Source: Oikopleura dioica (taxonomy: Eukaryota > Animalia > Chordata). From it: 64,000 nucleotides of DNA. A program made the translations under genes and the position numbers. Below, in pieces: positions 25,893 through 37,476 of this stretch. The stretch lies in the NCBI GenBank assembly GCA_907165135.1, contig OU015569.1, positions 5,890,001 to 5,954,000 of the forward strand, given 5' to 3'. The notes beneath the pieces are model-generated. The model was not told the DNA's origin. It saw only the letters and a program-made list of their open reading frames with translations, and made no database searches. Positions within the stretch are counted from its first letter, which is position 1, and each line of letters opens with the position of its first letter.

Positions 25893-27994
25893 TCACAAGG
25901 TCGACAGATTTTGCGTGATTAAATGTCTCTCGAAGAAGTCATTTTTAACCAATGCCTGAAGAAAGCCTTCAATGTTTCGAGATCCCTTGTATTGCTCCGG
26001 TTCATCTTTTGCACCGCGACCTGCCCAGAATATTGTCGGAAAGCCGCTGTATCTAAAGTACTTTGGCGGGTGGTTGGCAGTCGCGTCCATCTTTGCAAAA
26101 AGTATTTTTTCGTCTTCGAGGAGAGTTTGGGCGAGCTCTTAATTATAGTTTAGGAAATCCACATGCTTATCGAATGCCTTACCCTCCCAAATTGGCTCCA
26201 AGGTTTTGCAATGACCGCACCAAGGAGCATAAAATTCGACGAAGACGTCCTTCTCCTCGTCAAGAACTATACTTTTGAATGTGTTTCCAGTTACAATTTT
26301 CACTGGGTCGTTGTTTTCCTCTGGTGGCTCTGCACTCTACGTACAATATAAATAATTTTTCACAAGGAAAATAACCCGCCTTTACGTAAAACTTCAACTC
26401 GCCATTTTGATATTGTTGTATGAACTGGCGGACATTTGATCCGTCCGGAAGCATATCGCAGACAATATCTTCGTCGCAGACTTCCCCCACTTCCATCCTA
26501 TAGGAGTCGTATTGTTCATTCCAAATAACAACTTTCGGAGCCTTCTTTCCCCAATCTTGCAGGGTTCACTCGCGCTCGATTAAATTATGTAACATAATGT
26601 TTTTTCATTCAATATTTGTTTTCCTTATCTGAATCCTTCCCTGGTTTCCCCCCGAGACTATCATCCAGCAGATCTTTAAAGTCTTCCGCATTACCAATTC
26701 CAAATTGGAAATCAGGGAATTCAAGCGCAACCTGTTTTCAGGGCTTGACATATGTTGCGCGCATATTTTTCTAGCACACATTCAAATCTTTTTTGGAAAG
26801 CCTTTCCTTCATGATTCGGTTTCGCCAGTACCGCATCCCTTTCGGATCCTTCTCGATGTGGAAGTGGTAATAGAACATTACCATAGGCGGTCTTGTAGCA
26901 TGAAACTGATCGACAGTTAGAATTGGACAGAGGCCGGTCTGGTGATCTTTGACGAAGGTTCTTATCAATCCCGCAGTAAGCTTGTCTCCCTCGAATACTT
27001 TGTAAGTGTCCTCAAAAGGATTGTTGAAGTAAATTGGACGATGAAGAATTATGTTGTTCCAAAGTCCATCTGGGTACTTTTTATTCATGAATAGCTCTTT
27101 CGCCAGTGTTCGATCAGTCACATGAGCAAAACGATAATCGTCGGCCAGAGCGCCCACTATTTTGTGATACGAACGGCTGTAAAAACTTTCTGTATCTTCG
27201 TCCTCTTCAGGAAATATTCCGATCACGCCTCCGTCCGGATGGTTGGTGAATAACTCTAGATCTTCTCTTGATCGAATCTTAATAAATTAGTCTTCAAATA
27301 AGATCTGTGAGGCTCAAAAGAGAAAACATTTAACAGTTTAAATTTTAGATGAACTGACTTCTATTCGGGTCTTTGATCAGTACCTGATGAGAGGCGAATG
27401 AAAACTTTCGCCTCATAAATTTCTTAACGTCTTCATCGGATCTCAAATGATTTGGATTGTCGCCCGAATTCTTTCCATCCACGTAAAGGACCACGTGCGG
27501 GTAACCCTTAACACCTTCGGATTTGCACAGTTCGACGTGTTCTGCAACCGTGCAATCTTTTGATGTTCAGAAAAGACTGGTTTCAGGCAAAAACAATCAA
27601 GTTAATTAAAGGTTAGTAAAGTTAATCTTTGGTCAATTTGAAGCGCAAACAATATTTCATGAGCTTCCGCAGAACTACCGTTATTTTCGCTTAGCTAGAA
27701 TTCGATAAAAAAACTGATTTCAACTTGGCCAGTATATTTTAAATTAAACAAACGTTTTTTGAACAATACTACAAGTGCAAGTTTCATCGGCGGCGTTTCA
27801 TTGCTGAGAACTTTTTCTGCTTTCTTTAACTCTGGCAGGAATTTGCCACATTTTGAGCACCACGGAGCATGGAAAGTCACTAGCACTCTCTCATTCTGAT
27901 GGATAACCTTCGGAAAACTATAGTTGTCGAGCTCGAGTAGCGCCGCAGCCGCCTGCCCAAGAAAAAAACTGCACAAAAATTGTATCAGATGCAT
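25893..27994 (-). CDS. PDIA3: Protein disulfide isomerase, ERp57/PDIA3-like
   Basis: Signal peptide; a domain FHAPWCSKC; b' signature HRP..NPFED and [14 protein letters not shown]; a' domain [11 protein letters not shown]; [15 protein letters not shown]. Confidence 0.8.
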
Positions 27995-28381
27995 CCAAAA
28001 CAATTGCTTGCGTGAGAATCTGCCCGAGATTGTTTTACAATCAGTTTTGTAGCACCGAGGCACGATAAAAAGGACTAACCGGCTATTGCGCCCCGCGGGA
28101 ACAGCAATCAATCCGTACAAATTCTACACAACTCATTTTTAGTATATTTTTTTATTAAAGGTGAAGTAAGATGAATTGGTTGAAGTTTTCAAAATCAAGG
28201 CGTTACAGATAAAGAGTGCAGTTGCGCGAGCGCGTCGCGTTTTGTTTTCAACAAGGTGAGAAATCTGCGCAGGCGACGACTGTATCTTCCTGGGAAACGC
28301 CGAGAATGTTTTGAAAGTTCTTCACTGTTTGTATCTATTGATCGTCGTAAGCGGCTATGTGTTGAAGCTGGTTGAAAGTGA

Positions 28382-29125
28382 TTACCAAGTCTGGTTCGAG
28401 ACTTGAGGGACCTGGTTTGAGACCTGTGGTTCTTGATTGGAAACCTGAGGAACCTGGTTCGAAACTTGAGCCATTTGGTTGGAAGTCTGGGCAACCTGGT
28501 TGGACACTTGTGGCATCTGATTCGATACTTGGGCCATTTGGTTAGATGTCTGGGGGACTTGGTTGGAGACTTGGGCAACTTGGTTAGATGTCTGAGGAAC
28601 CTGGTTCGACACCTGAGGAACCTGGTTCGATGTCTGAGGAACCTGTGGTTCTCCTTCTGGGATCGCATCGGGGATTTTTACGTCGACGTAAGCGGGACGA
28701 GGAGTTGTAGGAGCCTCAGTGGAAGTTGTTGTGGTGATGACAGAAGTGGTTGTAGGCTCCTCGGTAGTAGTTGTGGTTGTAGTTGTAGTTGTAGTTGACG
28801 TCGTGGTTGTTGAAGTAGTGGAGGTTGTGGTGGTATATGCAGGAGTCTTCTTCTTCTTCTTCCTCTTGTTTTTCTTTTCTCCCTTGACTTTCTTGCCTCT
28901 TCCTCCTTTGCCTCCTTTGCCTCCTCTTGCTCGAGCGATTCCGGATTCGTCGACATCTGAGTTCAGCGCTTCGAATTCCTCGGCAGTGATTACGTTTCCG
29001 TCGTCATCGTAGTAGATGTAATCGTAAGAGTAGGAGTAGGAGTCATCGTAAAGCGTGGCGTCGACGGTATTCTCTTGGGCGGTGACAGTGGCAGCGGCGA
29101 AGATAAAAAATTTGAAAAGTTTCAT
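28382..29125 (-). CDS. Secreted modular mucin-like protein (acidic Tyr block, Gly/Lys block, Thr-rich block, 7-aa repeats); may extend to 28195 through a 31-nt intron
   Basis: 247-aa ORF with signal peptide MKLFKFFIFAAATVTA; TATAAAAA at 29192-29199 upstream. Confidence 0.75.
   Translation of the reverse strand: MKLFKFFIFAAATVTAQENTVDATLYDDSYSYSYDYIYYDDDGNVITAEEFEALNSDVDESGIARARGGKGGKGGRGKKVKGEKKNKRKKKKKTPAYTTTTSTTSTTTTSTTTTTTTTTTTEEPTTTSVITTTTSTEAPTTPRPAYVDVKIPDAIPEGEPQVPQTSNQVPQVSNQVPQTSNQVAQVSNQVPQTSNQMAQVSNQMPQVSNQVAQTSNQMAQVSNQVPQVSNQEPQVSNQVPQVSNQTW
28394..28645 (-). repeat. Coding minisatellite, 12 x 21 nt (Q[VME][PA]Q[TV]SN)
   Basis: Twelve heptapeptide units counted in the ORF translation. 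Confidence 0.9.
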
Positions 29126-29712
29126 TTTTGCTCAACTGGTCGAAGTATTCCCGATCCGATGAGGTTATGGCCAGCACTAGAATCCACCTCGTTTTTATAC
29201 GCAGGTCGAATATGTTACGCACGCTTAGGTGGCGTGAGAGAGGCTCACGCACGGGCTCAAAGTAGCGGACGTTATTATGCAAAACTTTGTGATGTATTCC
29301 CGGGTGAAACCACATTCGTACAAAGCGTTTCGGAAGCTATGGCAATAAGTTAGAAAGAAAAATTTAAAAATACAACAAAAAAAATGATCAAGAATAAACG
29401 CCTGAGCTAATCATTGATAAGAATTCGACATCTTGCTCTTCATAATTAAATTCTATTTGATAAGAAATTGATCGAAAGGCATTGTTTGAAGTTCACGTTT
29501 TCTGACTATCGTGTTTTCTTTTTCAAGTACCTAGTATAAGCTAGCGATTAGTATACAGCACGTACTTCGCGCATAAATATTTTCTCTGGTAACCTTATTT
29601 TGCAAATTGAAACGTGTTTGCTGCTTGCCTCGCTCAATAACGAGCAAAGGGGAGTAAACTTGTTTCACATACTAATACTTGGACAATAGTTTCGCTCACG
29701 GATTATTAGAGT

Positions 29713-32060
29713 TCAATTTCTGGTGCTTAATACAACCCTCCGTCGTAAGATGACTTTTCTCGGAGATACAAGCTGCTCCTTATTTTGCAAGCAGACTAAT
29801 GAAATAGGATGAATTTCGCGCACTTCATTATGTAAGCTAAATGCATTACGCCCGGCGTATTTTCTTCTTATCGTTACGTTTTTGGTGAACCTTGCAGAAT
29901 TTACAATTTCTGAAGACTTCAAGCTCTTCAGCGATGATTAGAATCCACATCATTACAATTGAACAATCAAAAAAGCTCACGTAAAAATTTTAAGATGCTT
30001 AAAATAAGTTATATGAGCTTATTTGAAGTCTCGAAGGACAGCAAGTCTCAGAGTTATTCATACAAGAAAATCCCTTACTCGATAACAAGTTTTTGCATCG
30101 AAACAACGGTTATGCCAATTTCTATGATTCAGGTTTTGCGGCAGAACTTTAGCCATCAACCGTACTCCTCAAAGGTCAGCTCGCCTGTCTATTTTCAGAG
30201 CGATGTTGGTTGGCGCTCGTGCTTCGAAGAATTCACCTACTATGGATTTCAAAGAGTATGTTTGAAGCTTATACGAAATAGAGGGACCATCCATGTTAAG
30301 CTCCATGAAAATATTTTTAAAACAAAGAGTTACAAAGAAAACGTCATTCGTCCAAATGACTGGAAAAACGCTCCTAAGTGGATCAAAACATATAGCTTGA
30401 AGAATTGACATAACAGGTTGAATATGCGAGGGTACTACTATTCTGGCCAATGATGCAAGAAAATTGTCTAAAATATAGAACGATGTTTTGATATTTCAAT
30501 CCCAAAACGAAAAAGGAACTTTGGTCATTGTTCTGTTAACATAGGGGACAAGTTTCGACGTATAAAGTAGCAGAATTTCTGGAATTCTTGGATCGTTATC
30601 GGTGACTTCTTCATCCGACGCCCGTGACCCGTGTCAAAAGAAGAAGATGATGCAAGTTGCTGGAAATCGATCTATCAAGAGTTCGACAACTCGGAAGGTT
30701 ATCGCTCCCTTACCACAACGGCCTGTTCTTCCTAGGATAACATTTTAATCCCATAAACTTTCAATTAATTTTGACGTTTTGCGGCGTTGTCGGCACTTGT
30801 TCCTCGAGCTCAAGAATGGAGCACTTTTCTCTTTCAATAATCGTTTGCCAAGTTCAACGTGATTAGACTCAAAACACTCGCTGCTAATTGCAACATTATT
30901 GATTAAGTGGGAGTGAATACGGAACGAGAAAGTTCTAAATAGGTCAATAAACGCATTTAGAGTGTTTTCATACACGATTGCATGTAGTTGGTTGTATTTA
31001 TAGCGATAATCAAAAATAGCCTAAGCAAATTAAAAACGAAAATAGTTAAATTCTGTTTTCAAAACAGTTTATTTTCACTGCAAAATAGAATAAGTCAGTG
31101 ACAAAGCTATCATAGGCTATCAAAATCAAATTTATTCTATTATATATTTTAATATTCAGCGGCTCCGTCGGGCCTGGTTAGCTCAGTCGGTAGAGCGTTG
31201 GACTCTTAATCCAACGGTCGCGGGTTCGAGCCCCGCATTAGGCTCATCTTTTTGATCCCCTGCCTTCGTGATAAAGATACATTCGTGAGATCAACCAGTG
31301 GAGGGCGCAAAGCATCTGTTCTCAGAGGAAGAGAAAGGGCTAAAAATCTTCTTAGCGGGAGAGCGAACCAAGAATCTATTCCGTGAAGAGTCCATACCTG
31401 TCAGTTATTTTCCGAAACGATAAGAAATTAAGTTATTTATCTGATGTAATGTGGGATGGATTCGTTGAAGGAGAATCGTCCAAGTGTACACCACAAGAAT
31501 CTTGTACGGCATGGTCGATACCAGAAAGCATTCGCAAGCTTGTTGCTGTTGCATCAAGATTCGCACAAGCCTTGTTTTTACTGACTTTAGTAAGTGTCGT
31601 TGAAATTACTTCGCAGTAGCTTTGAAAAGGTCGAATTAAGATCTCTGTCTTCGAATTGGACCAAAACATGTTTGCAAGTGAATCATTTCGGAGACTTTCT
31701 GCCGAGAACAAAAATTTTGAGTGTCAACAGTTTAATCCAAAGAGTAATCCATCTAAATTAATACTTTGTTTATGGGATCTACAGAGTATGTGTGACTTCG
31801 AGCAAATTTTTTAAAGTGAAAAAAAATACCCAGTTTATTATGAAATTAAATCAGTAGAAGAATGCAACGATGCCACTGCGACACGCAGATTATGCATGTT
31901 TTAGCTCTAGTGCTTTTGCGAAAATGAAGCCACAGAGGAATGCGATGCTCTTGCGATTTCACTTCTTGGCGATGGACTTGCTTATTCAAGGAAATACTTC
32001 TACGTCTTTAGAAGGGGACAGAATCCCCTCCATTCCAGTTTCTTCTGTTTGCGTAACTGC
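29713..32060 (-). CDS. Possible multi-exon gene of unknown function
   Basis: Open segments with plausible splice sites, e.g. EEQAVV|42-nt GT-AG intron|IDFQQLASS..EFQKFCYFIRRNLSP, plus ORFs 31433-31711, 30745-30975 and 30169-30450. No recognisable domain. Confidence 0.3.
31172..31244 (+). tRNA. tRNA-Lys (anticodon CUU)
   Basis: GCCTGGTTAGCTCAGTCGGTAGAGCGTTGGACTCTTAATCCAACGGTCGCGGGTTCGAGCCCCGCATTAGGCT: full cloverleaf, A and B boxes, T5 terminator just downstream. Confidence 0.93.
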
Positions 32061-32306
32061 ATCCGGCATTCTTCCGCCGCCGTCAATCTAAGATTAACGA
32101 GGCCCTAACTCGCAATCCCGAATTCTTTCAAGTGCTCTGTAAGTACACAGCAGTCACAGTACTCTTCAAACAAAAAAAGTAAGAAGTTGTAACAGTCGCA
32201 CTTGCCAAATATGCTTCTCAAATAGCCGGCTTGAAATAAAATTTGATCGATATAAAAATTTCACTCGCCTCAGGTGAGATTCTCGTGACAAGATAGAAAG
32301 ATTGTA

Positions 32307-35300
32307 ATGAAGAGAAAATGGCTTATCGTGGGGTTCGCCTCGATGGGCGTCTGCCTCGCTGTGGGACTCGGAGTCGGCCTTGGTGTCGATTGGGACAAGG
32401 CCGACGACGGTGCAATTGACGAAGAGGTCTCTCCGACGCCCTGGGAAGACAGCTTCAGGAACGTGCCAGAAGTACAGTAAAAAATTCCAAAATACGATGG
32501 GATAGTAATCCATTTCGTTCGATATTACATCGTATCATGTGTAACATATGCCATGTCCGCCAACAACGCGTTGAACAAGAATCATTTGTTACTACTCGAT
32601 GCACTCTTTCGATATCATTTGACCACAAATATTTAAATGTTGCTTTGGGAGATAATAATCTGACGCAAGCTTGATCTACGTAAATTCAAAAGAAAACAAG
32701 TAAATACATGATACATGTCTACTAGTGCCGACTGTCTATTTCCCTGTCGAATATAATCCTTCCAGCACTACACAAGGCTTCCCTCTTACGTCAAGCCCAT
32801 CAACTACAACATCGAGCTCTTCCCCGACCCTGTGGCGGATATTTCCTACGGTAGTGAAACGATTACGGTCAATATCGAAAAGCGAACGCAAAATATTGTT
32901 CTTCACGCACTCGCCGACCTGACGACCATCAACGAAGCAACTATTTCTGTCGAACAAGAGGGCCTCTCACCAGTCGTTACCAACACCTTCTACTATGACG
33001 AAAATAGAGAGCAGTTTTTCGTCATCCAATTGGAAAACAAGCTTGAGATCGGCGAGGCGCACATCTATCTCGAGTGGCAAGGGCCTCTTGTCAGTACTCT
33101 TGTTGGAATTAACAAAGTCAACTACAAGGAAACAGAATTAGATATTCTATTTAGATAGCCAACAATTTATCTGGTTTCTTCGAGTCAGTCATTTAAAATG
33201 ACTCATTTTAGTTAGTTTTTTTCTGGATTTACTCATTTTTTTTAAATATTATATATCCACAGTGTGAGCCAAGCAAAATGTATGAGTCTAAGAAATGTGC
33301 ATTCTATAAATAAAGTTTCGTTTTTTTAATTCTGTCAGGATGGTGGTGAGGACCGATACATCATTGCTACAAAATTTGAGCCTACCTATGCACGTGAAGC
33401 GTATCCGTGCTTTGACGAGCCAGCTATGAAAGCTACTTTCAACTTGGCGATGTACCACGAAGAAGGCTACAGTGCTTTGTGGAATATGCCTGTCGATGGA
33501 GAGCCAGAATGTGACTGCGAAGGCTGCAACGCAAGGAATGCGATCAAAATTTCATGTAGATAGTTATACAATTTTATCAAGCGGAGTTCTTCGTATATCG
33601 CAATTCAAAGTTATAAAAAATGCAAAACTGTATTCCAACAATCGCCAATTATGGGAACTTATCAGCCGACGTTTATCTGGCATAAAATGTGCAACGAGTC
33701 CGGAGAAGGCAAAAGAGCTGATGGCACTAAGGTTGACTTTTCTGATGTCTGCAATTTTTTCAAGTTTAATTTTAGATTCCCATCCGCGTTTTCGCAGCCT
33801 GTGACAAGGTGGAGCAAGTTGCGCATGCAATGAAGGTGCAGCAACACGTCACCACCTACTTTGAGGATCTCTACAAACTTCCATATGAGCTTCCTAAAGT
33901 TGACCTTATCGCAATTCCCGATTTCGTAACCGGCGCAATGGAACAGTGGGGACTTATCACTTATAGAGAAACCTCCTTGCTCTATGATTCTGATGCCGGT
34001 GCTACTAGTCTTAAACAGAGCAAATCTTCAACCATTTCCCACGAATATGTGCATCAATGGTTCGGCAACTTGGTAACTTGTAAATGGTGGGACAACATCT
34101 GGATTCAAGAGGGACCTGCTACCTTTTGGTCTCAAGAAGGAATCGAAGAGGCCTATGAAAATGAGCCCTGGGACATGCAAAAACAGCAAATTTACCAATC
34201 AATCACCTACTCGCTCAACAGAGATGTCTCAGTTGCCGGCCGTCCAATCGTTAGCGAAGCTAGAAATCCAGACGAGATCACTGCCGCCTTCGACTGGGTC
34301 ATCTACGACAAGGCTGCCTCGATTATCTACATGCTGCGAGAAGCAATGGGCAAAGACTCTTTCGATAAAGCGACGACTAACTTTCTTACGGAGTTTCAAT
34401 TCAAAGGTGACGTAGAAATAAACTTTGCAGAGAATCAACTATTTCAGAGAAATTTAGAACGTTACTTAAATTGCCCGTCCATACCGAGTAAATTCCTCAA
34501 TACCTCGACTAGTTCTGGACATCATTTTTAAATCTAATGATGATAATTACTTTCAATAGCTGCCGATGAGCTGGACTTTATCACCAGCTACCAAAAACAA
34601 GCGGATGCGGACAACATCATGATCGGGAGCAAAAAGCTCGACATTAAAGCCCTGATGCATCCTTTCTTGAAACAGGCTCTGTATCCACTTCTGACCGCGA
34701 AACTTGACGGGAACAACATTGTCATAACTCAGGGTGGGAAAAAAGAACTTCTCCACGCACTCGCTAGAGGGAATTCTAAAAGGGCGCGCGAGAGGCGCGA
34801 GGGTGGAGCAGCTGAGGCACACGCGAGTAACGCGGTAGGAGATGGGCACACCCGGTAGGTATAATGGAGGTAAGAGGGATTCGCCTGCCCCCAGCGGGTA
34901 ACAAGCCCAACACGGCCGAACTGCCCAACTCTGCGGGAAACAGCGAGGCTCACTGGGAAATCGCTAATCTATCGAGGAAAATCATGATCAGAGGGTAGTT
35001 GCGACGGTCTAGCTAATCTGCACAAGGTTCAATTTTCTGAGGATCATGAGCATTTTTGCTCAAAAATTTTCAGGAAAGATGTGATTTATACTAATTCGAC
35101 AATGGAGATTCCATAAATCACACTTAAAACGTCTAAAAACGTGAGTTTATTCAATAAAACCTCCATCAAAGTTCATCCTATTGTAATCAAATTTTAATCC
35201 AGCTGTCTTGTGATCTTCTCTTCCGTTTGAAAAGTCTTTTTTAATCATCCATCTAATCTCTTATTACCTTTTATCCTTTTCCAGCTGATCTGAGAGACTA

Positions 35301-37476
35301 AAACTTTCCATAAGAACATGATAATTGAAGACGGTGAACCCTATCCAAAGAGGGCGAAAAATCGAAACCAAAATATAAGAGAAACCAGACAAGCCCTTAA
35401 TATTCCCACCCACCAAGACTGAGTCTCAACTTTCAATTTATCTGAAAATCATCTTGACCCGAACTGCCTAACCTTACTGTATGGTATGGACCATATCGTA
35501 TGGTCCATACACCATGATAATATGGTCCAAATTTGATGCTCTGCAACACGAACTACTTCCAGGAATATTCCTCATTGACCTTGTAGATATTCCTTGGCCG
35601 ACATTTTTTGCTCATGATGGGCTACTTAGCTTTAATATTGTCTCCTACATCGTTACTTGCGTGTGCCCCAGCTGATCGATCTCGCTACTCTCGCGCGCCC
35701 TTTTCAGAGCTCGACCAGCGAGTGCGTGGAGAAGTTCTCCTAATCCCTCAGGGTGAGATACTGTCAGTGAAATGCATTGAAAATAAACATTCGCTCAGGT
35801 GACAGACCATTCCTTCACAATGCAGACTCCACGCTCCCAGAAGCTGAGTACAACTTCAAGTACTCGCTCGTTGTAACTTCAAACAACAACGATACGGAAT
35901 GGCTTGATGCAAGTGAATCTCAGATAACACTTCCGAAACCTGCCGGAGATATCCCATTCAAATTAAACTATGGACAGAAAGGATATTATCGAGTAAAATA
36001 TGAAGGAAACGATCGTAAATTACTATCTTCCGGGCCATCACCAGTATCCTCGATGCTCAACTGATAAGATTAGATGATCTTTTTAGGTTGATAGCATTTT
36101 CGATTGTAATTAACAGGTGCGCTTTACACGGAGTTGGTAAATAGTCTTGCCAGTGGAAAACTCGATGAAATGGATCGAATGGGTATTGTAGATGATGCTT
36201 TCAATTTGGCCATCTCTGGAGATATCAGCTACTCAGATGCTCTTGATACTGTGGACTACATCGCTAAAGGAAGTGAAGACTCGTACTACGTCTGGGGAGT
36301 ATTTGGGTCACGCACTTCGTATATGCGCACGATGTTGTCCGGCACCGAGACGGGAGATAAGTTCATCGCATACTTCAAGGTAAGCGCTCTTGGTCGACAG
36401 TTGAGACCTTTCCGGTTTTGGGTCGAGTGTATACCAATTTCGTAAATGTAAGTTTTGAATTGAAACTGACCCCATTGTTTAGAAAGCGGTCAGTGAGCAA
36501 TTCGAGCGTTTTGGATTCGAAGTTAAAGATACCGACTCGCATATTCACAAGTAATGTCCCAAATCTGACCTTGAAAATAGATCTTTCTATAATAGAAAAA
36601 TGCGATCAAATATTGTCTCGCTCTCGGTTTCCTTTGGAGTCGAAGAGGCTGCTGTGCAGGCATCAGCAATCTACAGCGAGTGGAAAAATTCAAACGGCGA
36701 TGTTAGCAAACGACCGCACCCAGACGTTGCTGGAACCGGTACGAATGATAAAATTAATAAAAATGCTGTATCCACCCCTTTAGTCTATAATCTTGGCGTA
36801 TCGAGCGGCAGTTATGAAGATTGGGAATTTATGTACGAACAATACACAAAAGAACTGGTCGCAGACGAGAAGAAAAAATACATGCGTGCTATGGCTGCGA
36901 CTGAAAACGTCACCACAATCGGCCAGGTTCTTTTTTGATCGATGGCCTGAGAAAGAATGCCGCCACTCAATCGGCCGGATAAAAGTATTTTTACGCGCGA
37001 TTAGAAACTGGCCTAATTTTAGAATCTGTCAAGAACCTCAAAAGACTACATGCTCAACACGTTAGCTATGGACAAGACGATTATTCTAGAGCAGGATTTC
37101 TTCACATTTATCAATTACATCTCGTACTCAAGTGTCGGCGAGAAGATGGCCTGGGATTGGGTCAGAGTTCACTGGGCAGAGCTTGTTGAGCGATTCGGAA
37201 CCAACGATAGAAATTTCGGCCGTCTTGCACCCAATATTGCCAATGACTTCAAAACAGGTTAATTCTTCAACTCAATCATCATTGCTGATGCAAGTTTGCC
37301 TAGAGTACGGTCTCTGGTCAGCGGACGATTTCTTCAAGGTAACTGAAGCTGACGCCGGCGCCGGTGAGGGTCCACGAAAATCAACTCTTGCCCAAATCGA
37401 TTCCAATATCGAATGGATCAAGAACTACGAATCTGATATTTTCAATTGGCTAGAAGCTCACGATGCTAGAGAATAA
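32307..37476 (+). CDS. ENPEP: M1 zinc aminopeptidase, glutamyl aminopeptidase (aminopeptidase A)-like, type II membrane protein
   Basis: Signal anchor MKRKWLIVGFASMGVCLAVGLGVGLG; FEPTYAREAYPCFDEP; PDFVTGAMEQWGLITYRE; HEYVHQWFGN; YDKAAS; C-terminal AGAGEGPR..NIEWI typical of ENPEP. Confidence 0.85.
34737..35746. mobile_element. Non-autonomous TIR DNA transposon (MITE, MULE-like), 1010 bp, ~105-bp imperfect TIRs, 9-bp TSD CTCAGGGTG
   Basis: TIRs 34737-34842 and 35641-35746 share perfect blocks AGAACTTCTCCACGCACTCGCT and AAAAGGGCGCGCGAGAG. TSD copies at 34728-34736 and 35747-35755. No transposase ORF inside. Confidence 0.85.
35484..35510. repeat. Perfect 12-bp-arm palindrome gtatggaccata-tcg-tatggtccatac (Oikopleura-type ATATGG repeat)
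   Basis: Arms are exact reverse complements. It translates as WTISYGPY, which I recall from spurious Oikopleura predicted proteins. Confidence 0.7.

Noticed and set aside
28394-28645. Regular short repeats that could be mistaken for a CRISPR array
   Set aside because: Head-to-tail 21-nt coding repeats with no unique spacers, in a eukaryotic gene.
28433-29012. Plus-strand ORFs with LRNLVR and poly-Val repeats
   Set aside because: Antisense shadows of the real minus-strand repeat protein.
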